Shown: positions 1 through 10,297 of the stretch, piece after piece
Layout: each line of letters starts with the position of its first letter
Position numbering within the stretch: position 1 is the stretch's first letter
Origin: a virus
Length of the DNA stretch: 64,000 nt
Virus record (IMG/VR): IMGVR_UViG_3300044632_000653
Direction: 5' to 3' (one strand)
Translations under genes and position numbers: made by a program
Notes under the pieces: generated by a model
The model's input: only the letters and a program-made list of their open reading frames with translations
Told to the model about the DNA's origin: nothing
Database searches by the model: none

Positions 1-4
1 GTTC

Positions 5-514
5 GTGGAGCATGAGAATCCCTTCTATCAGTTGGGCAAACTCTACTCCTTCCAACTGACATGCGAACTGTTCCAATACTCGGAGGAGGAGTTCGACACG
101 GGAGTTCCCGAGATCGATGCCATCAACGAGGAAACGGGGTTCAAGGTCAATCTCGACTTGGGGGCGGTCTATGGAGGAGGAACTTTTGCAGAAGGCGACA
201 GCGTATATCAATACGAGAATGGCTCTCCTACAGGACCAACTGCGGGAGCGTCTGCGAGGGCGGTGGTCTTCTCGTATGACCCATACACAGATCCGCTCCG
301 AGTATCTCTTTCCGATGTTGTTGGTACTTGGATCTCGGAGACCTCCTCGGGCGCAACCGCCTACATAGCCAAAGCAAACAACACCGTATACGCCTCCATC
401 GCCGCAAAGGATGACACGATGGGGATCTTGGACGAGGCGAAGAACGAAGCCATCCAAGAGGAGGCAGACGGGGTCTTCAACTTCGATGAGGAGAACCCGT
501 TCGGGGATCCATGA
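5..514 (+). CDS. gp14: T4-like neck protein gp14, C-terminal part (gene begins upstream of window)
   Basis: EHENPFYQLGK...L.CELFQYSEE.FDTG.PEID motif and C-terminal F.EENPFG; directly upstream of gp15. Confidence 0.8.
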   Translation: MEHENPFYQLGKLYSFQLTCELFQYSEEEFDTGVPEIDAINEETGFKVNLDLGAVYGGGTFAEGDSVYQYENGSPTGPTAGASARAVVFSYDPYTDPLRVSLSDVVGTWISETSSGATAYIAKANNTVYASIAAKDDTMGILDEAKNEAIQEEADGVFNFDEENPFGDP

Positions 515-517
515 TCC

Positions 518-1369
518 ATGCTTGAGTACTACTACCACAGCACCGTCAGGAAGGTCGTGGTGGGGTTCGCCTCGCTCTTCAACGACATCTATGTCTCTAG
601 GAAGGGACAGTCGGGTGCGGAGAGCGAGAGGATCCGTGTTCCCCTTGCCTACGGACCACAGCAGAAGTTCCTTCGGCGGCTCGACAGGATCGGCACGGAC
701 TTCGATCAGCAGGATGTGAGGCTTGAGACCTACCTGCCGAGGATGTCGTTTGAGATCAACTCCCTTCAGTACGACTCCGCAAGGAAGTTGAACAGCATTC
801 AGCAGACTGTCGGGTACGCCGCATCGGCTGACAACAAGTTGAAGCGGCGGTACGAGCGTGTCCCCTACAACATGCAGTTGACGGTGGGGGTTATGACCAA
901 GACGATGGATGACTGCCTACAGATCGTGGAGCAGATCCTTCCGTACTTCACCCCCGAGTATGTGTTCACGATCAAAGCCATAGACGGGCTCGACACCGAT
1001 GTCGATGTGCCTATCGTGATCTCGTCCGTCGCCCTGACCGAGGGCGATGACGGCTCCTACGGCGACTACTCGACACGCAAGATCAACTTCGCCAACATGG
1101 CTTTCCAAGCGAAGATGTACCTCTACGGTCCCGTGAAGACCGTGCCCGTGATCACACAGGCAGAGGTGAACTTCTTCGACTTCGGCGACTACGGCAAGGA
1201 CAGGGACACCCTCAAGAAGTACGCAGACATCAGCGTCACGGCGGCTGACGGAATCACGGCGGGTAGTTACGCACCGTCGCTCACGGCGGGTTGGACGGGT
1301 GCGGGTGCGACCCATGCGAATGTCAGCATTCGTGAATATCCACCGTATGCGTGGGGAACCACAGGATGA
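518..1369 (+). CDS. gp15: Tail sheath stabilizer/terminator gp15
   Basis: YYYH..RK.VV.F.SLFNDI, VPLAYGP.QKFL.R, LPRMSFE, QIVEQILPYF.P motifs; synteny. Confidence 0.9.
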   Translation: MLEYYYHSTVRKVVVGFASLFNDIYVSRKGQSGAESERIRVPLAYGPQQKFLRRLDRIGTDFDQQDVRLETYLPRMSFEINSLQYDSARKLNSIQQTVGYAASADNKLKRRYERVPYNMQLTVGVMTKTMDDCLQIVEQILPYFTPEYVFTIKAIDGLDTDVDVPIVISSVALTEGDDGSYGDYSTRKINFANMAFQAKMYLYGPVKTVPVITQAEVNFFDFGDYGKDRDTLKKYADISVTAADGITAGSYAPSLTAGWTGAGATHANVSIREYPPYAWGTTG

Positions 1370-1854
1370 CGGGAGAAGGCGTGAACGACATCGACATGAA
1401 CATAGCGAAGACACTCGGCATAGATCCCCCCCATGCGCCCGTGCGCACGGACACGCCCGAGCCCGCACCCGAGCAGGAGATACTCCCCGCAAGGCAGGGC
1501 GGATACACCTCGCAGGATGCCGACAAGGACTATGCGGAGGTTCGCCGCAACCTCAAGGTGGTGATTGAGAAGTCCCAAGAAGCCATCGAAGGGATCATCG
1601 AACTCGCACAGGACAGCCAACAGCCCCGAGCCTACGAGGTGGTGGCGCAACTCATACAGTCGAACCTTGAGGCGAACACACGGCTCATGGACCTGCACCG
1701 CCGCATGAAGGACATCAAGCGGCAGGATGTGGTCAACAAGACCACGAATGTGACCAACAACTCGATCTATGTGGGCAGCACCGCAGACCTACAGAAGATG
1801 ATCCGTGACCAAAGGAAGGCTATGGATTCGGGGGAGGAGCCTTCCCATGAGTAG
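1366..1854 (+). CDS. gp16: Terminase small subunit gp16
   Basis: DY..VR.NL, PRAYEV, NNSIYVGSTADLQK motifs; ATG at 1366 overlaps the gp15 stop. Confidence 0.9.
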   Translation: MTGEGVNDIDMNIAKTLGIDPPHAPVRTDTPEPAPEQEILPARQGGYTSQDADKDYAEVRRNLKVVIEKSQEAIEGIIELAQDSQQPRAYEVVAQLIQSNLEANTRLMDLHRRMKDIKRQDVVNKTTNVTNNSIYVGSTADLQKMIRDQRKAMDSGEEPSHE

Positions 1855-3529
1855 CGACGGAACCTACATGGGCAACCCCCTCCTCAAGGGGGAGTATGTC
1901 CAACAGGAGTTCACCAAGGATCAACTCGCCGAGTACATCAGGTGTTCCGAGGATCCCGTTCACTTCATTGAGAACTATGTCAAGGTCGTGACCATCGATG
2001 CGGGACTCGTACCGTTCAAGATGTACGGGTGGCAGAGGGACATCGTCAGGTCCGTCTTCGACAATCGCTTCGTCATCTGCAAGATCCCCCGACAGAGCGG
2101 CAAGACAACCACCTTGGTGTCCTGCATCCTGCACCTCGTCCTGTTCAATCCCGACTACAAGGCTGCGATCCTCGCCAACAAACTGAAGACGGCGACCGAG
2201 ATCATGGACAGGGTCAAGATCGCCTACGAGAACCTCCCCAAGTGGCTACAGCAGGGAGTTCGGGAATGGAACAAGACCTCGGTCACCCTTGAGAACGGCT
2301 CCAAGATCGTCTGTTCCTCGACCTCGTCCTCCGCTGTCCGTGGCTCGGCGTATAACTTCCTCCTCCTAGACGAGTTCGCCTTCGTCCCCGATCAAATCGC
2401 AGAGCAGTTCTTCGCCTCGGTGTATCCGACGATCACCTCGGGTAAGACGAGCAAGACGGTCATCGTCTCCACCCCGAACGGGCTGAACCTGTTCTACAAG
2501 ATGTGGCAGAACGCAAAGAACGGCAAGAGCGAGTTCAAGCCCGTCGATGCCCATTGGTGGCAGGTCCCAGGTCGTGACGATAGGTTCAAGGAAACCACGA
2601 TCAGGAACACCTCCGAGAGGCAATGGCTCTCGGAGTACGAGTGCGAGTTCCTCGGGTCGCAGGAGACCTTGGTCAAGGCATCCAAGATCGCAGCCCTTGC
2701 CTTCACCACCCCGATCCTTGAGACCGAGGAGGGGATGACGGTCTATGAGAATCCAATAAAGGGGCACATCTATGCCGCCACGGTGGACTCCTCACGGTCC
2801 ATCGGGCAGGACTACAACACGATGACGGTGATCGATGCGACCACCGTTCCGTACAAGGTGGTCTGCAAGTTCCGTTCCAACACCATTCCCGTCCCGATCT
2901 TCCCCGAGGTCATCAAGCAGGTGGGGAGCAAGTACAACGAGGCGTATGTCCTTGTCGAGATCAACGACACGGGGCAGCAGGTCGCCGACATCCTCAAGGA
3001 TGACTTGGAGTACGAGAATGTCATCTCCATCTCCATCAAGGGCAAGAAGGGTCAGAGGGTCGGCGAGGGATTCGGCGGGGCTAGGGTCTATAACGGTGTC
3101 AAGATGTCGGCTCAGGTCAAGAAGGTGGGATGCCTCATCCTCAAGGAGATGATCGAATCCGACAAGTTGATCCTCAACGACTTTGACATCATCTCGGAAC
3201 TCTCGACCTACATCCTCAAGGCGGGTTCATACGAGGCGACGGAGGGATACCACGACGATCTTGTGGCGACCCTCGTCATGTTCGCATGGCTCACCACGCA
3301 GGAGTACTTCAAGGACTTGGTCAACCTAGATGTCAGGAAGCGGGTCTTTGAGGAAAAAATCAAGAAACTGGAGGAGGACATGGTCCCCTTCGGATTCATG
3401 GACATCGGCACGGACGAGATGGACGAGGCTGTCAAGGCTCTGTCTAGCGAGCCCAACATGGCTCCGAAGCCTTCCAAGCGAAACAGGTCTTGGATGGACG
3501 ATGCCGACGAGATCCTCGGTCAGCCTTGA
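1847..3529 (+). CDS. gp17: Terminase large subunit gp17
   Basis: Y.GNPLLK, Walker A RQSGKTT, Walker B LLLDEFAF, STPNG, HDDLV nuclease motif. Confidence 0.97.
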   Translation: MSSDGTYMGNPLLKGEYVQQEFTKDQLAEYIRCSEDPVHFIENYVKVVTIDAGLVPFKMYGWQRDIVRSVFDNRFVICKIPRQSGKTTTLVSCILHLVLFNPDYKAAILANKLKTATEIMDRVKIAYENLPKWLQQGVREWNKTSVTLENGSKIVCSSTSSSAVRGSAYNFLLLDEFAFVPDQIAEQFFASVYPTITSGKTSKTVIVSTPNGLNLFYKMWQNAKNGKSEFKPVDAHWWQVPGRDDRFKETTIRNTSERQWLSEYECEFLGSQETLVKASKIAALAFTTPILETEEGMTVYENPIKGHIYAATVDSSRSIGQDYNTMTVIDATTVPYKVVCKFRSNTIPVPIFPEVIKQVGSKYNEAYVLVEINDTGQQVADILKDDLEYENVISISIKGKKGQRVGEGFGGARVYNGVKMSAQVKKVGCLILKEMIESDKLILNDFDIISELSTYILKAGSYEATEGYHDDLVATLVMFAWLTTQEYFKDLVNLDVRKRVFEEKIKKLEEDMVPFGFMDIGTDEMDEAVKALSSEPNMAPKPSKRNRSWMDDADEILGQP

Positions 3530-3543
3530 AATCTAGCCGAGGC

Positions 3544-3549
3544 TAAATA
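3544..3549 (+). promoter_or_regulatory. T4-like late promoter box (TAAATA) for gp18
   Basis: TAAATA in the intergenic region upstream of gp18; related boxes precede gp19, gp21, gp22 and gp23. Confidence 0.7.
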
Positions 3550-3582
3550 CCCCCGTTCAACCTATCCAAGGAGAGAGCAGAC

Positions 3583-5469
3583 ATGGCATTCCAACTCAGC
3601 CCAGGCGTGAATGTGACCGAGCGGGACCTCACGACGATTGTCCCTGCGGTCGCTACTACCAATGCGGGTATCGTGGGTCTTTTCAACTGGGGTCCCTGCA
3701 ACAAGAGGATCCTCGTTGACAGCGAGAACAACCTCGTTCAACTTTTCAGCACCCCCGATGACAATGTCGCCGAGTGGTGGTTCTCTGCCGCCAACTTCCT
3801 CGGATACGGCAACAACCTCCAAGTGGTCCGTGCCAAGATCGACGGCATGGTGAACGCCAACGCAAGGGGCTTCACGGGCGGCACCGCCGCCGACTCCGAC
3901 GATGCCATGATTGAGAACGATGACAAGGTCGGCTTCGTCACCGTGGACAACATGGGCTCGTTCGTTGCCCGTTACCCTGGTGCCATCGGCAACAGCCTTG
4001 AGGTTCAGATCTGCGGATCGCTTTCAGTCACCGCCGTGTCCAACATCACGGGGGGTGGAACTACTGCCTACGGTGCGGACTTTGAGGATTGGACCTACGC
4101 CACTCAGTTCGACTCCCGTCCGACCACGACCTCGTACATCGAAAGTCTGGGCGGTTCGGCTGACGAATTCCACGCCGTTGTCATCGACCGCAAGGGTCTC
4201 TTCTCGGGAACCCGTGGTGAGATCCTTGAGAAGTTCCAAGGCATGTCGTTCCTTCCGAATGTCACCGATTCGATTGGCAACAGCCTCTACTATGTGGACA
4301 AGATCAACCGTGAGTCGAAGTACATCTTCGCCGTGGAGAGGTCGGGGGCGAACGACTACGACGATCTGTTCATCGGAGGCACGGGTGCATGGGGCAACTC
4401 TGCCGTCAAGACTTGGTACTTGGCGGGTTCTCTCAGCACCACCTCGGGTATCACCGCTAGCAATGTGTCCTTCGGCGTGGGCGTGTGGCAACTCGGTGCG
4501 GGTAGCGACGGTCTCACCGCAGACCAAACCAACTACATGAAGATCGCCTTCGGTCAGGATTCGGACTCGGATCCCGAAGGCTATCGCCTGTTTGAGGATT
4601 CGGAGACGGTCGATGTCAACCTCCTGATCGGCGGTCCCGACAAGACCTTCACCCCGAACTCCAACGACCTCGCCGCAAGCGTCACGGGCTTCGTCGCACA
4701 GTCCATCAAGGACATCGTTGATGCCCGTAAGGACTGCGTGGCGTTCTTCAGCGTCCCGAACAAGGACCCGAACGAGACGGATCAGACCAAGCAGGACCGT
4801 GCCGTTCAGTATCGCAACAACATCGGCTCGTCCTCGTACTGCGTGATCGACAGCGGTTACAAGTACATGTACGACATCTACAACGACAAGTACCGTTGGG
4901 TCCCGCTGAACGCCGACATCGCAGGTCTCTGCGCCCGTTCCGATGTCAACTTCGACCCGTGGTACAGCCCCGCAGGTTTCAACCGTGGTCAGATCCGTGG
5001 CGTGGTCAAGTTGTCGTTCCAACCCCGTCAGGCGGCTAGGGATGTCCTCTACAAGAACGGCATCAATCCCGTCGCCACCTTCAGCGGCGAGGGAACCGTC
5101 CTCTACGGCGATAAGACCGCCCTCGCCAAGCCCTCGGCTTTCGACCGCATCAATGTGCGCCGTCTGTTCATCGTGCTTGAGAAGGCGATCTCGACCGCAT
5201 CGAAGTACAGCCTGTTTGAGTTCAACGATGCCTTCACCCGTGCGCAGTTCCGCTCGCTTGTCGAGCCATTCCTCCGTGATGTTCAGGCTCGCCGTGGCAT
5301 CTTCGATTTCAAGGTCGTGTGCGACGAGAAGAACAACACCCCCGAGGTCATCGACAGCAACAGGTTCGTCGCAGACATCTACATCAAGCCGAACCGAAGC
5401 ATCAACTTCATCCAGTTGAACTTCATCGCCACCAAGACGGGCGTGAACTTCAACGAGGTCGGTGCCTGA
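3583..5469 (+). CDS. gp18: Tail sheath protein gp18
   Basis: MAFQLSPGV.V.E.DLT, PWYSPAGFNRG, SAFDRINVRRLF, IKP.RSINFIQLNF. Confidence 0.97.
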   Translation: MAFQLSPGVNVTERDLTTIVPAVATTNAGIVGLFNWGPCNKRILVDSENNLVQLFSTPDDNVAEWWFSAANFLGYGNNLQVVRAKIDGMVNANARGFTGGTAADSDDAMIENDDKVGFVTVDNMGSFVARYPGAIGNSLEVQICGSLSVTAVSNITGGGTTAYGADFEDWTYATQFDSRPTTTSYIESLGGSADEFHAVVIDRKGLFSGTRGEILEKFQGMSFLPNVTDSIGNSLYYVDKINRESKYIFAVERSGANDYDDLFIGGTGAWGNSAVKTWYLAGSLSTTSGITASNVSFGVGVWQLGAGSDGLTADQTNYMKIAFGQDSDSDPEGYRLFEDSETVDVNLLIGGPDKTFTPNSNDLAASVTGFVAQSIKDIVDARKDCVAFFSVPNKDPNETDQTKQDRAVQYRNNIGSSSYCVIDSGYKYMYDIYNDKYRWVPLNADIAGLCARSDVNFDPWYSPAGFNRGQIRGVVKLSFQPRQAARDVLYKNGINPVATFSGEGTVLYGDKTALAKPSAFDRINVRRLFIVLEKAISTASKYSLFEFNDAFTRAQFRSLVEPFLRDVQARRGIFDFKVVCDEKNNTPEVIDSNRFVADIYIKPNRSINFIQLNFIATKTGVNFNEVGA

Positions 5470-5513
5470 TCGTGATGATGGAAACCCCGATACATAAGGA
5501 GAAGGAGTCCTAA

Positions 5514-6140
5514 ATGTCACAGTTCAGCATCGATGCGTTCCGTGCGAACCTCATCAACGGTCTTGCGAGGAACAACCTGTTCCTCGTCCAAGGCAACTTC
5601 CCAGGCGGCGGAACCAACGCCATCCAAGGTGCGGCTGCGGTTGCAGGTGCCCTTTTCGGCGGCGCAGTCGCAGGTGCGATCACCAATGTCGCAGCGGCTG
5701 TAGGCGGCGGAAACCCGAGTGCGCAGATTTCGTTCCTCTGCAAGTCCTCAAAGATTCCGTCCTCGACCATCGCCACCAACCAAGCGTTCTACATGGGTCG
5801 CCCGTTCAAGTATCCTGGCGACAAGACCTTCAGCGATTGGGGCATGAGCGTCTACAACGACGGCACCTACGGTCTCCGCAAGTCCTTTGAGGCTTGGATG
5901 AACCTGATGAACACCAACAGGACCAACATCGGTCCCAACGGTGTCAGCGGTTACATGACCGATTGGACCGTCACCCCGCTCACCCGTGAAGGCAATCCCA
6001 TCGCCCGATACAAGTTGATCGGTTGTTGGCCTACCACCATCGCAGAAACCACTCTCGACATGGCGGCGCAGTCCGAGCCTTCGACCTTCGATGTGACGAT
6101 TGCGTATCAGTACTTTGAAGTCGAAGGCGTGACCACCTGA
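5514..6140 (+). CDS. gp19: Tail tube protein gp19
   Basis: F.A.L..GLAR.NLF, SFLCK...P.S, GD.TF.DW, WPT motifs; follows the sheath gene. Confidence 0.92.
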   Translation: MSQFSIDAFRANLINGLARNNLFLVQGNFPGGGTNAIQGAAAVAGALFGGAVAGAITNVAAAVGGGNPSAQISFLCKSSKIPSSTIATNQAFYMGRPFKYPGDKTFSDWGMSVYNDGTYGLRKSFEAWMNLMNTNRTNIGPNGVSGYMTDWTVTPLTREGNPIARYKLIGCWPTTIAETTLDMAAQSEPSTFDVTIAYQYFEVEGVTT

Positions 6141-6168
6141 CATCAGGTAGACGAGGGAACTATACATC

Positions 6169-7671
6169 ATGGCACTCTTTGGCTTTGACTTAGGCCGCAG
6201 CAAGAAACAGAAGAAGCAGGACAAGGCTCTGAAGTCGTTTGTCGTTCCGACATTCGATGACGGAGCCATTCCTGTTGAAGCGGGTGGCTTCTACGGTCAG
6301 TATGTCGATCTCGACGGCACCGTCCGCAACGACTTTGAACTCACGATGAAGTACCGTGAGATGGCGCAGGACCCGATTGTCGAGGTCGCAATCGATGACA
6401 TCGTCAACGAGTCCATCATCATGGGCGAGAAGAAGTCTCCCGTGAAGATCCTCCTCGACAAACTTGACGAAAGCGACGGCATCAAGCAGAAGATCCACGA
6501 CGAGTTCAGGAACCTCATCAGGGTCATGCAGTTTGAGACCAAGGGAGCCGAGATCTTCCGCCGATGGTATGTGGACGGGAAGATCTTCTTCCACATCATC
6601 ATCGATGAGGAGAACCCGCAGAAGGGCATCCTTGAACTCCGCTATGTCGATCCGATGAACATTCAGAAGATCCGTGAGTACACCAAGGAGACCCTCAAGA
6701 ACGGCACGAAGATCATCACGGGGTACAAGGACTTCTACCTGTACAACAAGGACAATCCCCGTGCAGGTGGCAACGCTGCGGGAATCAAGATCAGCGAGGA
6801 TGCCATCGCATTCTGCTCGTCGGGTCTCATGGACAGCCGCTACAAGCGCACCGTGGGCTTCCTCCACAAGTCGATCAAGCCGCTGAACCAACTGCGGATG
6901 CTTGAGGATGCCATCGTCATCTACCGTATCTCCCGTGCGCCCGAGAGGCGTATCTTCTACATCGATGTCGGCAACCTGCCCAAGACCAAGGCAGAGCAGT
7001 ATGTCAAGGACCTGATGAACCGATACCGCAATCGCCTCGTCTACGATGCGAACACGGGAGAGGTCAGGGATGACAAGAAGTTCATGTCCATGCTTGAGGA
7101 CTATTGGCTTCCCCGCCGTGAAGGTAGCCGTGGTACCGAGATCACCACCCTACAGGGAGGTCAGAACCTCGGCGAACTCACCGATGTCATTTATTTTCAG
7201 AAGAAGGTCTACAGGGCGTTGTCCGTCCCCGCTAGCCGCCTCGACCAAGACAAGCAGTTCATGCTCGGTCGCAGCACGGAGATCACCCGTGACGAGGTGA
7301 GGTTCACCAAGTTCGTCCACAGGCTCCGCACCAAGTTCAGCGAACTGTTTTTCGACATCCTTCGGAAGCAACTGATCCTCAAGAAGGTGATTACCGCCGA
7401 CGAATGGCCCGAGATGAAGGAGTCGATCTACTTCGACTTCCTCAAGGACAACCTGTTCACCGAACTCAAGAACGCCGAACTGCGGAAGCAGCAGGTCGAG
7501 GAGTTGGGAAACATCAAACCATACATAGGTAAGTACTACAGCCATGAGTGGGTCCGCAGGAATGTCCTCGGTTTCTCCGAGTCCGACATCAAGGAAATGG
7601 ACCGTGAGATTGAGAAGGAACGCAACGCAGGAAAGATCGAACCCGACAACTCGCAGTTCGGTCTCGCCTAA
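6169..7671 (+). CDS. gp20: Portal vertex protein gp20
   Basis: FRRWYVDG, NQLRMLEDA.VIYR.SRAPERRIFYIDVGNLPK.KAEQY, EDYWLPRREG. Confidence 0.97.
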   Translation: MALFGFDLGRSKKQKKQDKALKSFVVPTFDDGAIPVEAGGFYGQYVDLDGTVRNDFELTMKYREMAQDPIVEVAIDDIVNESIIMGEKKSPVKILLDKLDESDGIKQKIHDEFRNLIRVMQFETKGAEIFRRWYVDGKIFFHIIIDEENPQKGILELRYVDPMNIQKIREYTKETLKNGTKIITGYKDFYLYNKDNPRAGGNAAGIKISEDAIAFCSSGLMDSRYKRTVGFLHKSIKPLNQLRMLEDAIVIYRISRAPERRIFYIDVGNLPKTKAEQYVKDLMNRYRNRLVYDANTGEVRDDKKFMSMLEDYWLPRREGSRGTEITTLQGGQNLGELTDVIYFQKKVYRALSVPASRLDQDKQFMLGRSTEITRDEVRFTKFVHRLRTKFSELFFDILRKQLILKKVITADEWPEMKESIYFDFLKDNLFTELKNAELRKQQVEELGNIKPYIGKYYSHEWVRRNVLGFSESDIKEMDREIEKERNAGKIEPDNSQFGLA

Positions 7672-7680
7672 GGGGAGTAG

Positions 7681-8412
7681 ATGGAAAAGAACCGTCTCAG
7701 GAACGCCATCGACAGCCTCGTCGGAAAGGATGCTCCCTCATTCAGGGGCTCCGTCCGCACCGAGTTGTTCTCACGCATCCACGGCACCTTCGACTCCCTC
7801 AGGCAGGAACTCTCTCGGGACATCATCTCGGAGAACCTTCCAGGTGCGCCTTCCGCTCCTCCCGTGACCAAGCCCATCAAGGCAGGGGACCTCAAGATCG
7901 TCCCGACCGCTGCGGGTGCCGCCAAGGATGATATGTCCCTCGACCCGAACTTTGAGAAGGAGTTCTTCCAATCCTCCTCGGACTACAAGGGTCAGCGCAT
8001 CACGGTCAAGCAGTTGGGCACGGGCTTCGGAAAGCCCGTGAGGATCTACATCAACGACCGCCGATGGGAGTTCTTCCCTGGTCCCAAGGTAGGGATCAAG
8101 GCTGCGAAGGACTACATCGACGGCATGGTGAAGGATGTCAGGAAGGATCCGCAACTCGCCGCTGCAATGACGGCGCAGATCGCAAAGGACAAGGCTGCGG
8201 GTGTATCGACCGTCGCAGCACCCGTTGATGCAGGTAAGCCGAACGAGGTCGCCGATGCGAACCTCAAGCAGAAGGAACTTGAGACGGGTCAGCCTGTCGG
8301 CAAGGGCAAGCCTCCTGCGCAGAAGCCACCCGCAGCAGCGAAACCGAAGGCGGCTCCCAAGCCACCTGCACCACCGAAGCCGAAGCCAACGAAGGAAGTG
8401 AAGCCGAAATGA
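7681..8412 (+). CDS. Hypothetical prohead-core-region protein with Pro/Lys-rich tail
   Basis: SD GGGGAG; located between portal and prohead protease, where T4 has gp67/gp68. Confidence 0.65.
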   Translation: MEKNRLRNAIDSLVGKDAPSFRGSVRTELFSRIHGTFDSLRQELSRDIISENLPGAPSAPPVTKPIKAGDLKIVPTAAGAAKDDMSLDPNFEKEFFQSSSDYKGQRITVKQLGTGFGKPVRIYINDRRWEFFPGPKVGIKAAKDYIDGMVKDVRKDPQLAAAMTAQIAKDKAAGVSTVAAPVDAGKPNEVADANLKQKELETGQPVGKGKPPAQKPPAAAKPKAAPKPPAPPKPKPTKEVKPK

Positions 8413-9860
8413 GCAACAGGAACCACGACAACGACAGCATCCAAGAGGACGAATGGGGCGGTGGCTTTCAGAGTTACAAGGATGCCCACAGGGAAGTCCA
8501 AGCGGGCTTGAGAGGCGACATGGTCAATCAGCGCAACAAGACTCTTGCTCTGATGGTTCAAGTCATCCGTGGAGAGATCAGCAAGCAGAAGTTCAAGAAA
8601 CTCACGGGCAGCAGTTTCGATGACCTGATGAAGAACGCCAAGTGGTACATCAACCAAATCAAGCGGATGCCGAAGTCGAAACTCGCTCCCGTCGCTCCCG
8701 CTGCACCCACCGCCAAGGAAAGCGTGGACACGGACATCCAAGAAGCAGAAAAGGCAGTCGCTCCCAACGATGACGAGTTGCGCCGCCTTCTTGATGCTGC
8801 AAAGGAAATCCTTTACGGTCGTGGTGGTGGGCACAGTTACGGTCAACGAGATGCGGAGGCGAAGAAACTCGTCAACAAGGCGAAGAAGTTTGCGATGGTG
8901 ACGAGGAACCGAGACCTTTTGGCTGATTGGAAGGACTTGAACTATCACCTCAAGGGTATCAAGGTCAGGAAGGTCAAGCCCAACCTCAACCGCAGTTTTG
9001 GTGGAGTGCATGATCCCCGTTCCTACGGCAGGGGCGGCGTGGCTGACTCCTACGAAGCCGAAGGCGATGACATCCAAGAGACGGCAAACCTCTCTGCTAG
9101 AGAAAAGAAACTGATCAACTTTGATCAGGACGATTTCTCGCCAAAAAGTCTTGAGATGCACCGTGAAGCGGAAGCATTGGTTTCGATGTTTGTGGGTCGA
9201 AATGTCATTGCAGGTGGCACTACAAGGGAAAAAATCATAAAAGCCGCAACCTACGACTACAAGCGGAATCCTAAAGAGGGAGTCCACAAGGCGGTGAAAG
9301 CGGGAATCGACCAACTGCTACGGAGTGGATCAATCCCTCGCAAGGTTTACATGGGCACGGGCATCCATCCAATCGAAAGTTTAGTGGTTGATGCGGAAGA
9401 CATCCAAGAGAAGGTCGAGATCGACGGTCGCACCCGCATGTACAGGGAAACCGTGATGCGGCTTGATGTTGCTAGGAAACTCCGAGAGCAAAGGATGAAG
9501 GCAATGCAAGAGAACCGATTCGGTGGTCTGTACGACGATGGCAGCGGCAAGGGAGCGATGGTTCCTGCGCCCGTGGACTTCAACTTCCATGAGGCGATGC
9601 GTGTCATTGAGAAGTACCGCTCCCTCCGTGAGAAGAAGAAGACCCTCATGGGTGCGCCCAAGGAGGACATCGACGCTGCGGTCGTGATGAAGGGCGACAA
9701 GTTCGCCATGTCCGAGACCGAACTCAGCCCGAAGCAGAAGGAGTTCCGTGCCTTCTTCAAGAAGGCTTTGCAGAAGTTCGGCAAGTCTTCCCCTGCCAAG
9801 ATGGACGATGCCGAGAAGAAGAAGTTCTTCAACTGGGTCGAGAAGAACTGGAAGGGCTGA
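8409..9860 (+). CDS. Modular internal head/prohead-core protein with repeated (S/D)IQE linkers
   Basis: Coupled ATGA start; four SIQE/DIQE motifs; C-terminal F...ALQKFG..SPA.M.D.EKKKFFN typical of T4-like core proteins. Confidence 0.7.
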   Translation: MSNRNHDNDSIQEDEWGGGFQSYKDAHREVQAGLRGDMVNQRNKTLALMVQVIRGEISKQKFKKLTGSSFDDLMKNAKWYINQIKRMPKSKLAPVAPAAPTAKESVDTDIQEAEKAVAPNDDELRRLLDAAKEILYGRGGGHSYGQRDAEAKKLVNKAKKFAMVTRNRDLLADWKDLNYHLKGIKVRKVKPNLNRSFGGVHDPRSYGRGGVADSYEAEGDDIQETANLSAREKKLINFDQDDFSPKSLEMHREAEALVSMFVGRNVIAGGTTREKIIKAATYDYKRNPKEGVHKAVKAGIDQLLRSGSIPRKVYMGTGIHPIESLVVDAEDIQEKVEIDGRTRMYRETVMRLDVARKLREQRMKAMQENRFGGLYDDGSGKGAMVPAPVDFNFHEAMRVIEKYRSLREKKKTLMGAPKEDIDAAVVMKGDKFAMSETELSPKQKEFRAFFKKALQKFGKSSPAKMDDAEKKKFFNWVEKNWKG

Positions 9861-9865
9861 TCCCG

Positions 9866-10297
9866 ATGCCCAAGGTCACCGTCAAGTTCAAGAAGGACAA
9901 GGCTGCGAGTGAGTTCGCAGCCAACTTCTCCATTCTTGACGATGGTGCGAAGGTGACGGTGAAGGGCAAGGAGGCTACGGTCGTTTCCTCCAACCCGAGG
10001 ACGGTGTCCGTCGTGAAGCAGTTGTCGAAGGATGTCGTTGAGGACATCCGATACGGCGAGATCGCCGATGCGATGCTCTCTGCGATACGAAAGTCCATCT
10101 CGGGCAGCAGGGTTTCGATCCGTCTCTTGGACGGGGAGACCCAACCCATGACCCCTGCACAGGGAGAGGCTCTCGCCCGTGCATACGACCGCCTGTCGGA
10201 GAGCAACCAATCAGCCTTCCTCATCCTCGCATCAGAGGGCAGGGAGGCATTCACCCATGCCATTGGGTTCGCAAGGAAGAACGAGGAGAACGAGTAA
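9866..10297 (+). CDS. Hypothetical prohead-region protein
   Basis: Tightly packed ORF; L..AYD.LSESNQ motif. Confidence 0.65.
   Translation: MPKVTVKFKKDKAASEFAANFSILDDGAKVTVKGKEATVVSSNPRTVSVVKQLSKDVVEDIRYGEIADAMLSAIRKSISGSRVSIRLLDGETQPMTPAQGEALARAYDRLSESNQSAFLILASEGREAFTHAIGFARKNEENE

Noticed and set aside
4024-5520. Long minus-strand ORFs opposite structural and late genes (also 12408..13694, 42606..43868, 47172..48572)
   Set aside because: Shadows of well-supported genes on the other strand
1847-7671. Introns or inteins in terminase, sheath or portal
   Set aside because: Lengths and motifs are continuous and typical
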